Below the pieces are notes generated by a model, which did no database searches, had not been told where the DNA came from, and saw only the letters and a program-made list of their open reading frames with translations. Below are positions 1 to 9,959 of a DNA stretch of 64,000 nt, piece by piece. Every line of letters begins with the position of its first letter. Positions within the stretch are counted from its first letter, which is position 1. This DNA is from an uncultured Chloroflexia bacterium. Its GTDB lineage: Bacteria; Chloroflexota; Dehalococcoidia; DSTF01; JACRBR01. The position numbers were made by a program, and so were the translations under genes. Where the stretch lies: assembly GCA_963843685.1 (NCBI GenBank), contig CAWJLO010000006.1, forward strand, positions 41,680-105,679. Direction: 5' to 3'.

Positions 1-650
1 CCCGTCGTCTTGATGCGCGAGGTCGCGAACACGGAGAAGCAGTACGCCCCCGCCTGCACCAGGAACGCCGCCTGCACGCCGAACGCGCCGATCAGGCCGC
101 CGCCGATCGCCGGCCCGGCGATACGCATCGTGTTCGCCCCGAGCGAGTTCACGGCGATCGCATTCGGAAGGTCCTCCGCGCCGACGACGTCGTAGATCAT
201 CACCTGCCGCGCCGGCTGGTTGATGCTCTCCGCGAAGCCGTCGAGCGTCGCCGTGACGTAGAGCATCCAGACGCTGATCGAGTCCGTCATGATCAGCACC
301 GCGAGCGAAACCGCCGTCGTCGCGCCCAGGCTCGTCATCACCATCAGCACGGTCCGCCGGCTGAAGCGATCGGTGATCGTCCCGGCGATCGGCGACACGA
401 GGATCGACGTGACGCCGCGCGTGAACCCGACGGCGCCCACCTGGAACGGCGAGTTCGTCAGGTCGAAGATCAGCCAGCCCTGGGCGACGAACTGCACCCA
501 CTGGCCCAGCATCGTGCCGACCGTGCCCGCCCACAGCACGCGGAAGTCCGGGTACTTGCGAAGCGAGTAGAAGGTGCGCGAGCCAACGCCGAGTAGGCCG
601 CGCGATACGTCGGGCGCCGTGACCGGCGGGTTTGGCAGCGGTGTCGACAC
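1..650 (-). CDS. MFS transporter (MFS_3/enterobactin-exporter-like); 3' end lies beyond the window start
   Basis: Reverse translation from GTG (complement at 648-650) gives VSTPLPNPPVTAPDVSRG...FYSLRKYPDFRVLWAGTVGTMLGQWVQFVAQGWLIFDLTNSPFQVG...ITDRFSRRTVLMVMTSLG, a typical MFS TM1-TM6 pattern. It is missing from the ORF track because it runs off the window edge. The plus-strand ORFs 289..570 and 574..1062 are its antisense. Confidence 0.7.
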   Translation of the reverse strand, partial: MSTPLPNPPVTAPDVSRGLLGVGSRTFYSLRKYPDFRVLWAGTVGTMLGQWVQFVAQGWLIFDLTNSPFQVGAVGFTRGVTSILVSPIAGTITDRFSRRTVLMVMTSLGATTAVSLAVLIMTDSISVWMLYVTATLDGFAESINQPARQVMIYDVVGAEDLPNAIAVNSLGANTMRIAGPAIGGGLIGAFGVQAAFLVQAGAYCFSVFATSRIKTT

Positions 651-750
651 GTGTGGCCTGGCGTCTTGCTTAAGGTTCTCGGGGGTGCGGTCTCAAGGAC
701 GCGTTATCGTACCCGACGCCCACGCTCCGGTGAAGGCGGACCCGCGACGG

Positions 751-1611
751 TCACTCTCCGTGCGGACGAGGACGCTCGCCGTAGTCGCCGAACGGCGCGT
801 CGCGCCGCCGGACGGCCTCGCGGAATCCGTCTTTCATCGCCATGTCGCGCCAGGCGATCCCCTCCGGCGTGTGCCGCGCGATGCCGTCGAACACCGTGCC
901 CAGCATCTGCGTCGTCCGCAGTCCCATGTTCTCGTACGCCTGGTTCACCAGCAGCTTGCTCATCACCAACTGGTTCAGCGGGATCGTCGCCAGCTTCTGC
1001 GCCATCGATTCGGCCTCGGCCGCGAGCGCCTCTACGGGCACGGCGCGCGACACGAGCCCTAGCCGCTCAGCCTCGAGCCCCGTCAGCGACTGGCCGCTCA
1101 GCATCAGGCGCTTGGCGTGCTCCAGCCCCAGCCGGTAGACCCACATCATCGTCGTCGGCTCGCCCCACACCCGCGCCGGCGGGTAGCCGATCGAGGCGTC
1201 CTCGGCCATGTAGATGAGGTCGCTGCAGAGCGCCAGGTCGGTGCCGCCGCCCACGCACCATCCGTGCACCTGCGCGATCACGGGCTTCGGGCTCTCCCAC
1301 AGCGACATGTAGGCGCGGACGTTCCGCGACATGCCCAGGTAGTCGCGCACAGGGTCCCACTGCCCGGACATGGCCCGCTGGTTGGCGTCCTCGGCCCTGG
1401 TCCCCCAGTCCAGGTCGTATCCGGCGCAGAACGCCCTGCCGGAGCCGCTGAGGATCATCACCCGGACGTCCGGGTCCTCGTTCGCCGCGGCCACGGCGCT
1501 ACGCAGGTCCGCCACGAGCTGCGTGTTAATCGCGTTCAGGCGCTCGGGCCGGTTCAACGTGATGCGGGCAATCCCGGCAGCCGCGCTGTATTCAATAGCC
1601 TCCAGATTCAT
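751..1611 (-). CDS. enoyl-CoA hydratase/isomerase (crotonase fold)
   Basis: 286 aa; ITLNRPERLNAI...FCAGYDLD...GWCVGGG are crotonase signature segments. Confidence 0.85.
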   Translation of the reverse strand: MNLEAIEYSAAAGIARITLNRPERLNAINTQLVADLRSAVAAANEDPDVRVMILSGSGRAFCAGYDLDWGTRAEDANQRAMSGQWDPVRDYLGMSRNVRAYMSLWESPKPVIAQVHGWCVGGGTDLALCSDLIYMAEDASIGYPPARVWGEPTTMMWVYRLGLEHAKRLMLSGQSLTGLEAERLGLVSRAVPVEALAAEAESMAQKLATIPLNQLVMSKLLVNQAYENMGLRTTQMLGTVFDGIARHTPEGIAWRDMAMKDGFREAVRRRDAPFGDYGERPRPHGE

Positions 1612-1829
1612 CTCTCATCCTCTTATGACAACTCGCCGCGATCGGCTCCCTGCGCCACTCCAGAATCCGCGGCGGTTCCCCGATTTGCCAGCGCTGGCAG
1701 CGGGGCCGTACACTCTTTACATAGAGACACAGATCTTCAGTAAGCGTCCGCTGCGATTGAAACTCCCCTCACACGGTTCTGACATTCGCACTGGTCGTCG
1801 AGAAGACTACTTCGACGAAAGGTACCCGT

Positions 1830-3047
1830 TTGTCATCGTTCCGTGAATTCCCACTTCGACCTTCCAGCATGAAGGCCCTCGAAGCAATGCAGATAGAGAC
1901 GCCGACCGAGATCCAGGCCGCGTCGATCCCCCACCTGCTGGCCGGCAGCGACGTCATCGGCCAGGCCTACACCGGCTCCGGCAAGACCCTGGCCTTCAGC
2001 CTCCCGCTCATGGAGCGCATCGACGTCAACAACAAGTGGCTACAGGCGCTGATCCTCGTACCCACCCGCGAGCTGGCCCAGCAGGTCGGCGGCGTCATCG
2101 AGAAGCTGACGAAGGGCGCCGGCATCCGTTCGACGCTGATCTTCGGCGGCCGCGCGTTCGGGCCGCAGCAAGACGCCATCTACGCCGGCGCACAGGTCGT
2201 CGTCGGCACGCCCGGGCGCGTGCTGGATCACCTCAACCGCGGCACGATGCGGCTGGACGGCGTCACGTTCCTCGTGCTCGACGAGGCCGACGAGATGCTC
2301 GACCGCGGATTCGCCCCCGACGTGGAGCGCATCCTTTCGCAGACGAACACCGAGCGCCAGACGGCGCTCTTTTCGGCTACGACGCCGGAGTGGGTGCACA
2401 AGGTCTCGCAGAAGTACCTCAAGGACCCGGTTGTCATCGAGACGGCGCGCGGCGAGGACGAGCCGGGCCCCGACATCGACCACGTGGTGTATGAGGTGTG
2501 GCGCGAGGACAAGCTGAGCGTCCTCGTGAAGCTCCTCGACGAGCCCACGGAGGGTGCGACGCTCGTGTTCGGCCGCACGAAGCACGGCGTCCGCAGCCTC
2601 GGCATCAAGCTGGAGCGCATGGGCTACGGCGTCGACGTCCTGCAAGGCAACCTGAGCCAGGGCCAGCGCGACCGTGTGATCGAGAAGTTCCGCGCCGGCA
2701 AGACGCCCATCCTCCTCGCCACGAACGTCGCGGCGCGCGGGCTGGACGTACTTCACGTAACGCGCGTCATCAACTACGAGCTACCCGAAACGCATGAGCT
2801 CTTCACCCACCGCGTCGGCCGCACCGGCCGCATGGGCCGCTCCGGCCGCGCCATCACCATTCTCGGCCCGGCCGACCTGCCCAAGTGGCGCGAGATCGAG
2901 CGCGGGCTCGGCCGGCAGCTGCCGCGGATCTCGCCCGACGGCGAGGAGATCAAGGTCGCACCGCCACGCCCGAGTGGCGCCGCCCGGCCGCGCACCGCAG
3001 GCTTCGGATCGAGGCGCCGCCGCCCCGCCTTCAGCGCTCGGCGATAA
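1830..3047 (+). CDS. DEAD-box ATP-dependent RNA helicase
   Basis: Q-motif F..F.L.P..MKALEAMQIETPTEIQ, motif I AYTGSGKT, DEAD (LVLDEADEM), SAT, HRVGRTGR, and an RG-rich C-tail. TTG at 1830 is preferred over ATG at 1869 because it keeps the conserved upstream F-x-x-L Q-motif context. Confidence 0.85.
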   Translation: MSSFREFPLRPSSMKALEAMQIETPTEIQAASIPHLLAGSDVIGQAYTGSGKTLAFSLPLMERIDVNNKWLQALILVPTRELAQQVGGVIEKLTKGAGIRSTLIFGGRAFGPQQDAIYAGAQVVVGTPGRVLDHLNRGTMRLDGVTFLVLDEADEMLDRGFAPDVERILSQTNTERQTALFSATTPEWVHKVSQKYLKDPVVIETARGEDEPGPDIDHVVYEVWREDKLSVLVKLLDEPTEGATLVFGRTKHGVRSLGIKLERMGYGVDVLQGNLSQGQRDRVIEKFRAGKTPILLATNVAARGLDVLHVTRVINYELPETHELFTHRVGRTGRMGRSGRAITILGPADLPKWREIERGLGRQLPRISPDGEEIKVAPPRPSGAARPRTAGFGSRRRRPAFSARR

Positions 3048-3122
3048 CCGGCGGGTAGCCACTCGTTCGACCACAACGCCAGACACAGTTACGATGGCCT
3101 CCCATCGAAGGAGGCCATCGTC

Positions 3123-3926
3123 ATGCCCTACACTCACACGCTCTTCGAGGTGGACCGGGAAGCGCACGTCGCGACGGTGACGCTGAACAAGCCGGAGCGA
3201 CTGAACGCGATCGACGCTGACGACGCACGCGATATTCTCGCGATCTGCAATGAGATCCAGGACGACGCCGACGTCTGGGTGGCGATCTGGACCGGCGCCG
3301 GCAAGGGGTTCTGCTCAGGCGCAGACGTCGGGCGCGGGCCGCGGCCTTCCAACGCGGATGCCGACCTGAATCAGTTACTCGATGAGGGAAGTTGGGTGGC
3401 GCGCCAGGGTGAGGCGCTCTACCGCATTGACAAGCCAATGATCGCGGCCGTGAACGGCGTCGCGGCCGGAGCGGGGTTCGCGCTGGCGCTGTGTTGCGAC
3501 GTGCGCATCGGCAGCGCGGCGGCACGATTCACCACGGTGTTCCAGGAGCGCAACCTGCCCCCGGAAGGCGGGATGTCGTACCTGCTGCCTCGCGTCGTCG
3601 GGGTGAGCCGCGCCCTGGACCTGTCGCTGACGAGTCGGCGCGTAGATGCGGATGAGGCGCTGCGCATAGGACTGCTGGACCGCGTGGTGCCGGCGGAGCG
3701 GCTGATGGAGGAAGCGCGATCGTACGCCGCGTCCATCTGCGCGCTGCCCCCGAGCGCCGTCCGCGTCTCGAAGCGGGCAATCCGGCGCGCATTGGACTCG
3801 ACGTTCTCGGAGGCGACCCGCTACGAGTCGCAGATGGGCGGACTGGCCCGACGGGCGCGGGCAGACAGCGAGGAGTCGCTGCGGTCGTTCGCCGAGAAGC
3901 GCAAGCCGAAGTACGTGGGGCGCTAG
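3123..3926 (+). CDS. enoyl-CoA hydratase/isomerase (crotonase fold), paralog of 751..1611
   Basis: 267 aa; VTLNKPERLNAI...GKGFCSGADV...GVAAGAGFALAL. Confidence 0.85.
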   Translation: MPYTHTLFEVDREAHVATVTLNKPERLNAIDADDARDILAICNEIQDDADVWVAIWTGAGKGFCSGADVGRGPRPSNADADLNQLLDEGSWVARQGEALYRIDKPMIAAVNGVAAGAGFALALCCDVRIGSAAARFTTVFQERNLPPEGGMSYLLPRVVGVSRALDLSLTSRRVDADEALRIGLLDRVVPAERLMEEARSYAASICALPPSAVRVSKRAIRRALDSTFSEATRYESQMGGLARRARADSEESLRSFAEKRKPKYVGR

Positions 3927-3931
3927 GATCA

Positions 3932-6595
3932 GTGGCACTGCCGAGAGCGATGAGTCGCAGGAAGTTTCTGGCCGGGCTGGCAGGAGTGGCAGGGGTAGGC
4001 GCCGCCGCAGCGACCGGCCTGCTGACGTGGCGTGCCCGTCACCGCCGCGCCGAACCGACGACCGAATCGAAGGAAGGCGGGATCTTCGGCGAGTGGGTCG
4101 ACGCGGACGGGCTCCCCGCGTTTCGTTATACGCTCGACCATCGCACCGACCCACGCGCGGAGTACACGATCAGCGACGGGGTGACGTCGCGACTGAACTG
4201 GCACCATCTCGGTAACGATGCGACCGCGGCGATCGCGACGAACGACGGCTGGGTGCAGCTTTTCGACTTCTCGCACGGGCCGCGCTGGATGAACTACTGG
4301 GACGCGGACGCCGGGCGATACGGCGGCGGGTTCGGATGGGTGCACGAGGACGGCGCGGTGAACCCGACGCTGTTCGTCGACGCGGACCCGCAGGCGTCGT
4401 CGGTCCGAGAGTTCGGCACGGGCTACTACGACACGCGCGTCACGTCGAATGATCTGGAGATCGACCGGCGAGTGACGCTGCCCTTCGGCAACGCCACGTG
4501 GCTGTTGAGCCGCGTGACGATCCGCAACACGTCGGACCGCGCGCGCAGCCTGCGCCACTTCGAGTACTGGGACGTAAACCCGCGTTGGTTGGCCTTCGGC
4601 GTGCCGGAGCAACAGCGCACGGAGGCGGCCAAGGAACTGGAGTACCGTGTCGACGCGTCGGTCGGTAGGCTCACGGCGGTGGAACAGCAGACGGCGGGCG
4701 CGGTGCCGCTACGGACCCTGAAGCTGCCGCAGGTGCCGCCTCAACCGGGGCCTACGCTGTTCCTCGTCCCGTTAGCCGGGACGCGTGTCGACGGATTCGA
4801 CGTCGATCCGACGCGATTCTTCGGGAACGGAGGGCGCGCGGCACCGGACGCCGTCGCCGCCGGCGCCTGCACGGACTCGTCGGAGACGCGACACCCGTGC
4901 TTTGTGTACCAGTCGAACGTCGAACTCGCGGCGCACGGCGAGACGACATTGTGGTTCGCGTACGGCTACACATACGACGCCCTGCCCGACTTCCCGTCGG
5001 ATCCGGCGAGCGGGGAGCAGCGCTCGCTGGACGCCTGGCGGTCGTGGCTGCCCGCGTTCTCCATCAAGGGCGAACCCGGGTTGTGTCGCGAGCTGACGTG
5101 GCACGCGTACTATACGCGCGCGAGCGTCATGTACGATGCGTACTTTGGCAGACGCACGATCCCGCAGGGGTTCTGGTACCTCTACGGCAGCGGGTTCAAC
5201 GCCGGACTGCGCGACTCCGTGCAGCACGCGCTCCCCATGGTGTACTTCGAGCCTGCGCTGGCGAGAGACGTGATGCTCTCCGTGCTAGCGCAGGCGGACA
5301 AGACGGGGCACTTTCCGTACTCCATGACGGGCTACGGCATCGCCTACGACTTCATCTGGATGCCCGGGGACTACGACGTCTGGGCGCTGTGGCTGGCCAG
5401 CGAATACGTGCTCGCGACGCGCGACACGGCGGTGCTGGACCAGCAGCTCGCCTACTACCCCCCGGATGCCGGCGACACGGCTGCGGTCTGGGATCACCTC
5501 ACCCTCGCGTACCGGCACCTGGCCGACGTTGTCGGATTGGGGGCAAGCGGACTGCTGCACGCGCGCAACGCGGACTGGAACGACGGTCTTGTGTTCGAGG
5601 CTTCGCCAAAGGACATTGCCGGGTTCGTGCGCGACGGCGAGTCGACGCTGGCGTCGGCATTCGCCGCGTGGGTGCTGCCGAAATTCGCGAGCGTGGCGCG
5701 GCTGCGCGGCGAAACGGCGTTGGCAGACGAGGTCGACGCGTTCGCGTCAGGCTTGCGCGACAGGTTGAAGACGTACTGGACCGGGAAGTGGCTGGCCCGG
5801 GCGATCCTGCCTGACGGGACGGTGTATGGGACAGACCGCCTGCACCTGGAGCCGCAGCCGTGGGCGATCCTCTCGGGCGTGACGGACGACGCGCAGAGCG
5901 ACACGGTGCTGCGGCAGATCGACACGCTGCTACGAGACGGCTCGCCGCTCGGCGCGGAGATCATGTCAGCGCTGGACGGCACGCAGACGACGGGCGAGTC
6001 GACGGACGGCGGCGTGTGGCTCTCGCTCACGCACACGCTGGTATGGGCGGCTGCGCAGCGAAACCCCGCCATGGCGTGGGACGAGTTCATGCGGAACACG
6101 CTGCGCAACCACGCGACGGTCTACCCGGACGTGTGGGTGGGGGTGTGGAGCGGGCCGGACGCCTACAACAGCCCACGGTCGTCGCGGCCCGGGTGGACAT
6201 GGGACCTGCCGGCTCTCAACGTATTCGGACAGTCGTGGCCGATCCAGAACGTGCACACACACTCGCAGCCGCTGCTTTCGTTCCTTCGCCTCGCCGGCGT
6301 CGAACCGACCGAGAGCGGCGTACGCATCGCGCCCGTATTCCCGTTCAGCGAGTGGAGCCTGACGTCACCGGCGTTCGGCATCGAGTACGCGGCAGACTCC
6401 GTCTCCGGACACATGAGCGCGGCCGGCGACAGCATCGAGCTCCAGGTACGTCTACCGGGCGCGCTCGCGGGCGGCGACGTGCGCGTCACCGGCTCCGCGG
6501 CGATGGTCGACCACGAACCGCAGGGCGCAGACGTCGTGATCCGCATGCGCGGGCCATCGGGCGGCCGCTGGGAGTGGCGCGTCGACCGGGCGTAA
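3932..6595 (+). CDS. Tat-secreted large glycoside-hydrolase-like protein, (alpha/alpha)6-barrel type (GH63/GH65/GH116-like); exact family unresolved
   Basis: 887 aa; N-terminus MSRRKFLAGLAGVAGVGAAAA has the S-R-R-x-F-L twin-arginine motif. The central/C-terminal region (e.g. HARNADWNDGL, LGAEIMSALDG) resembles six-hairpin glycosidases. Start may be GTG 3932 or ATG 3950. Confidence 0.55.
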   Translation: MALPRAMSRRKFLAGLAGVAGVGAAAATGLLTWRARHRRAEPTTESKEGGIFGEWVDADGLPAFRYTLDHRTDPRAEYTISDGVTSRLNWHHLGNDATAAIATNDGWVQLFDFSHGPRWMNYWDADAGRYGGGFGWVHEDGAVNPTLFVDADPQASSVREFGTGYYDTRVTSNDLEIDRRVTLPFGNATWLLSRVTIRNTSDRARSLRHFEYWDVNPRWLAFGVPEQQRTEAAKELEYRVDASVGRLTAVEQQTAGAVPLRTLKLPQVPPQPGPTLFLVPLAGTRVDGFDVDPTRFFGNGGRAAPDAVAAGACTDSSETRHPCFVYQSNVELAAHGETTLWFAYGYTYDALPDFPSDPASGEQRSLDAWRSWLPAFSIKGEPGLCRELTWHAYYTRASVMYDAYFGRRTIPQGFWYLYGSGFNAGLRDSVQHALPMVYFEPALARDVMLSVLAQADKTGHFPYSMTGYGIAYDFIWMPGDYDVWALWLASEYVLATRDTAVLDQQLAYYPPDAGDTAAVWDHLTLAYRHLADVVGLGASGLLHARNADWNDGLVFEASPKDIAGFVRDGESTLASAFAAWVLPKFASVARLRGETALADEVDAFASGLRDRLKTYWTGKWLARAILPDGTVYGTDRLHLEPQPWAILSGVTDDAQSDTVLRQIDTLLRDGSPLGAEIMSALDGTQTTGESTDGGVWLSLTHTLVWAAAQRNPAMAWDEFMRNTLRNHATVYPDVWVGVWSGPDAYNSPRSSRPGWTWDLPALNVFGQSWPIQNVHTHSQPLLSFLRLAGVEPTESGVRIAPVFPFSEWSLTSPAFGIEYAADSVSGHMSAAGDSIELQVRLPGALAGGDVRVTGSAAMVDHEPQGADVVIRMRGPSGGRWEWRVDRA

Positions 6596-6614
6596 CAGGC
6601 CTGCCGACGAGCGG

Positions 6615-7409
6615 TCAGTAGCCGTCGCGGACGAACGTGCGGTAGCCCGCCACGACCTCGAACCCCATCCGGGCGTAGATCGGTTGGCCCATCTCCGACG
6701 CCTGGAGGTTCGCCATCGTGCACCCGATTTCGGCGCCGCGCCGCACGGCGTGCCACGTCATCGCCTCGCCGAGGCCCCGCTTGCGGTACGACGGGACGCA
6801 GCCGACGTTCCACACGCCGGCGACGCGGTCGCTCGCAATGAGCGCCGATGACGCGACCGGAGTCCCCTGTACGTAGCCGATGTAGAACTCCGCGTCGAGA
6901 AGGTCGAGCAGCCGCTGGCTGAGGAGTTGGCGCACGAGGTCGGCCGGCATGCCGAAGGAGGCCGCGAGCACGTCGCGGTGATAGCCGAACGCCGTCGCGT
7001 CGCGAGCGGCGCGGATCTCCAGGCCGGCAGGCGGCGGCGGGATCGTCGGAATCGGCGAGAGCGTCATGCCAGGCACGGTATCGCGATACGGGAGGCCCTC
7101 AGCAGCCGCCGCCCGCTCCGACGCGTCGTCGAGGCCGGCGCGCATGCGGACGACGAAGGGGAGGCGCCGGTCGTCGAAGTAGGCTGCTGCGCGGCCGATC
7201 GCGGCAGCGGGATCTGCCGGCGGCCGCGTGACGAAGGCGAGGTTGAACATCGCCAGCGGCAGGCCGGTGTTGATGATGAGCAGGCCGTCGCTCTCGGTCG
7301 CCTCGCCGCCGTCAATCGACGTCGCGAGGCGGCGAAAAACTTCGTAGTAATTCTGGTCTGCGCGGGCGATCAGTTCGCTGCGATCCAAGCGTTCCTCGAA
7401 GAGCTGCAC
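6615..7409 (-). CDS. GNAT family N-acetyltransferase
   Basis: The ORF track extends to 7475 but that extension overlaps tRNA-Gly. An in-frame GTG at 7409 gives VQLFEERLDRSELIARADQNYYEVFRRL... The C-terminal half (VQGTPVASSALI...GLGEAMTWHAVRRGAEIGCTMANLQASEMGQPIYARMGF) is a GNAT acetyl-CoA-binding core. Confidence 0.7.
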   Translation of the reverse strand: MQLFEERLDRSELIARADQNYYEVFRRLATSIDGGEATESDGLLIINTGLPLAMFNLAFVTRPPADPAAAIGRAAAYFDDRRLPFVVRMRAGLDDASERAAAAEGLPYRDTVPGMTLSPIPTIPPPPAGLEIRAARDATAFGYHRDVLAASFGMPADLVRQLLSQRLLDLLDAEFYIGYVQGTPVASSALIASDRVAGVWNVGCVPSYRKRGLGEAMTWHAVRRGAEIGCTMANLQASEMGQPIYARMGFEVVAGYRTFVRDGY

Positions 7410-7445
7410 GCGCGACGCGGGTCGTGATGGAAGGGAAGGAGAGGG

Positions 7446-7521
7446 TGGAGCGGGGGACGGGACTCGAACCCGCAACTTCCAGCTTGGAAGGCTAGCACTC
7501 TACCAATTGAGTTACCCCCGC
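7446..7521 (-). tRNA. tRNA-Gly (anticodon UCC)
   Basis: The reverse complement reads GCGGGGGTAACTCAATTGGTAGAGTGCTAGCCTTCCAAGCTGGAAGTTGCGGGTTCGAGTCCCGTCCCCCGCTCCA. It has a 7-bp acceptor stem, D-arm ACTC/GAGT, anticodon stem CTAGC/GCTGG with loop CTTCCAA (U33, anticodon TCC, A37), T-arm GCGGG-TTCGAGT-CCCGT, and an encoded CCA. Confidence 0.85.
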
Positions 7522-7590
7522 TCGTGGGGTGTGCCGCGAAAGTATAGCGAAGGCGGCTGAGCCGTCGACGGAGCACCCACCTTCGAGACC

Positions 7591-8317
7591 CTACGGGGTG
7601 GGCGTCGGTTCAGGGGCGGCCGTCGTCTCCGGCGTCGGAGGGTTCAGCGCCTGCGCGATCGCTTCGGGCAGGCGGAGCCACGTGCCGGCCGCCCAGCCGT
7701 TGAATCCCGTGCCGTCGAGATCTCCCGAGATCTTCCACCACGTGAAGTTTTCCGCGTCGGTCGGACCGTCCTGGATGATGGCCTTCGTGCCGTCGGGGAT
7801 GCAGTTGAGCCGATTGCTCTCCTGCGTCGGCTGCTCGCGGATGCTGAGGCAGTCGCCTTCTCCCAATCCGATGGCCACCACCTGGTCGCCTACACCGAGC
7901 GGCCAATTGATGCCGGGCACCGAAGGCTGGCTGGGGTCGTTGTTGGTGACCGAGACCACGGTCCAGGCGTCGGCCGCCTGTTCGACGATGGCCAACGCCG
8001 TCGGATCCGAGAACGTCGGCCCGAGGTTGTACGCCCGTCGCGTGCCGCGCGTCCCGGCAAGCGTGACGCACAGCTTGCCGAGGTCGACGCCCTGCTTGGC
8101 CTGCGAACAGTCGCCGACGAAGTCGACGTTGCGGTTCTGGCGCACCCAGCCGGCGATCGCGTCGATCGGGCCCGGTTGCTGCGGCGTGGACGGTGGCTTC
8201 CGGCGTCTTGCTCCCGCCGCCTCCGCCGAAGCATGCGGACGCGAGGACGGCGGCACCGGCGATGAGAACGAGCGCGCTGCGACGCGCCGAAACGCGGAGA
8301 GCCAAAGAGTGACTCAC
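7591..8317 (-). CDS. lipoprotein with C-terminal bacterial SH3 (SH3b) domain; reading frame interrupted by an apparent single-base frameshift near 8170-8230
   Basis: Frame A (7610..8317) starts with a lipoprotein signal, MSHSLALRVSARRSALVLIAGAAVLASAC-FGGGGGSKTPEA, then becomes Arg-rich nonsense. Frame B (7591..8256) carries the sensible body: ...PIDAIAGWVRQNRNVDFVGDCSQAKQGVDLGKLCVTLAG...CIPDGTKAIIQDGPTDAENFTWWKISGDLDGTGFNGWAAGTWLRLPEA, which is SH3b-like. The GTG start overlaps the stop of the upstream IMPase gene (GTGA). Confidence 0.5.
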
Positions 8318-9147
8318 TCCTCTGGTACCCCCCCGCCCTGCGCCTCAGCATAACGCGCCATGAAGTCGGCGTGCACGCGACGACCGCCGGCGGCGAACGT
8401 TGCACTCCCGATGTGCATCGCATGACCGTCTCGGTCGGAGGCGGCGCCGCCAGCTTCGCGCACGAGGAGGATGCCGGCCGCAACGTCCCACGGCCAGACG
8501 TTCATGTGGGTGTACAGGTCGAGTCGGCCGCAAGCCGCGTACGCCAACCCGAGTGCCGCGCTACCCGTGATCCGGAGCCCCTGCACGTTTGGGAAGATGC
8601 GCCGCATCAGATCGAGCTGCCGCATGCCCATCGCGTCGTCGTACCCGAGATCGACTCCAACGACCGCAGCGAAGACGTCCGGCTTGTCCGAGGCGACGAT
8701 CGGTCTGTCGTTGCAGAACGCGCCTCCGCCCGCAGTCGCCCAGAAGCCCTCGCCGTGCACGGCGTCGTACGTCAGGCCGACGACCGGCTCGCCGTCGAGG
8801 CAGAGCGCCACGTTCGTGCACCAGAACGGCATGCCGATGGCGTAGTTCTTCGTCCCGTCGATGGGGTCGATGACCCACGTCCATCCAGTGCTCGCATCGG
8901 TCCCCGAGGCGGTCTCTTCGGACAGGATCTTGTGGCCGGGAAACTCCTCGGCGAGGACGTCCTTCACCAGCAGCTCCGCCTCCACGTCGGTCGCGGTGAC
9001 GATGTTCCGGTGGCCCTTGACGTCAATCGTGTGCGTGCCGCGGAAACGTGACAGCGCGAGATCGCCGGCGACGCGGCCGCAGCGCCAGGCGACGTCGATC
9101 GCAGAGGCGCCGGACAAGGAGACGGGGAGTTCAACTGCGGACGTCAC
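8314..9147 (-). CDS. inositol monophosphatase family protein (SuhB/HisN-like)
   Basis: 277 aa; KGHRNIVTATDVEAE...WVIDPIDGTKNY...WDVAAGILLVREAGG are IMPase motifs. Confidence 0.85.
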   Translation of the reverse strand: MTSAVELPVSLSGASAIDVAWRCGRVAGDLALSRFRGTHTIDVKGHRNIVTATDVEAELLVKDVLAEEFPGHKILSEETASGTDASTGWTWVIDPIDGTKNYAIGMPFWCTNVALCLDGEPVVGLTYDAVHGEGFWATAGGGAFCNDRPIVASDKPDVFAAVVGVDLGYDDAMGMRQLDLMRRIFPNVQGLRITGSAALGLAYAACGRLDLYTHMNVWPWDVAAGILLVREAGGAASDRDGHAMHIGSATFAAGGRRVHADFMARYAEAQGGGVPEE

Positions 9148-9196
9148 CTACGAAGCGTATCGGACGGGCTGCATGCGCCCCAGCGGGGCGGCGGGG

Positions 9197-9898
9197 TCAG
9201 TTCAACCCGAAGGATGGCGCACCGGCCACCGTCTCCGGTAACCACGAGGCGAGGAGCTCCTCGAGATCCCCGGCCGCCTGATTCAGCGAGTGGTCGGCCT
9301 CGCCGTAGAGGACCAGCCGCTTGGGATCGACCGCGCGCGCGTGGATGTCTTCGCTGGCCGCGTGATCGAGGACGCCGTCGCGCATGCCGTGCACGAGGAG
9401 CAGCGGCTTGGCGAGGCGCTCGACCGTGCGCGTGCCGTAGAGCTGTGGCGAGAGCGCGGCGACGCCGGCCACCGACGGAGACAGCTCGCCCGCCTTGATC
9501 ACCACCGCCCCGCCGAACGAGTGCCCCACGAGCGCAATGCCACCGGTGGCGCCGAAGCCACGGAGCAGCGACACCCCCGCGAGAACGTCCAGCACGCACT
9601 CCTGGAACTCGCCCGGCTGGCGGTAGTGGAGGCGCAGGCCGCTGATCTTCGGCCGAAGGCGATCGGCGAGACGGCCGTACATATCGTTCGCCGGCCCCTC
9701 GAGCCCGCCCATCGCGCCGCCGACGTAAATCGCGGCGCCGGGGCCGGATGCACAGGGGTGCAAGACGCCGCGGATCTCGCCGCGTGAGGTGATGATCAGC
9801 ACTCGCAGGTTGCCGTCCGGCTCCGGGTGAGCGGCGACGTTCTCGATCGCCAGCTCCAGCTCGCGGTCGTCGTCTTCCGGCTCGTCGATGAAATCCAC
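9197..9898 (-). CDS. alpha/beta-fold hydrolase
   Basis: 233 aa; nucleophile elbow GHSFGG and catalytic-triad context (...LLVHGMRDGV...DHSL). Confidence 0.8.
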   Translation of the reverse strand: MDFIDEPEDDDRELELAIENVAAHPEPDGNLRVLIITSRGEIRGVLHPCASGPGAAIYVGGAMGGLEGPANDMYGRLADRLRPKISGLRLHYRQPGEFQECVLDVLAGVSLLRGFGATGGIALVGHSFGGAVVIKAGELSPSVAGVAALSPQLYGTRTVERLAKPLLLVHGMRDGVLDHAASEDIHARAVDPKRLVLYGEADHSLNQAAGDLEELLASWLPETVAGAPSFGLN

Positions 9899-9959
9899 GA
9901 TCAGGTCTCCAGGCAGCTGCCCGGATCATATCGCGGATGCGGCCTTGGCCGCGCGAAGG

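Noticed and set aside
7410-7475. GNAT ORF extension through the tRNA-Gly gene
   Set aside because: It would overlap a structurally perfect tRNA. An in-frame GTG at 7409 gives a normal GNAT N-terminus.
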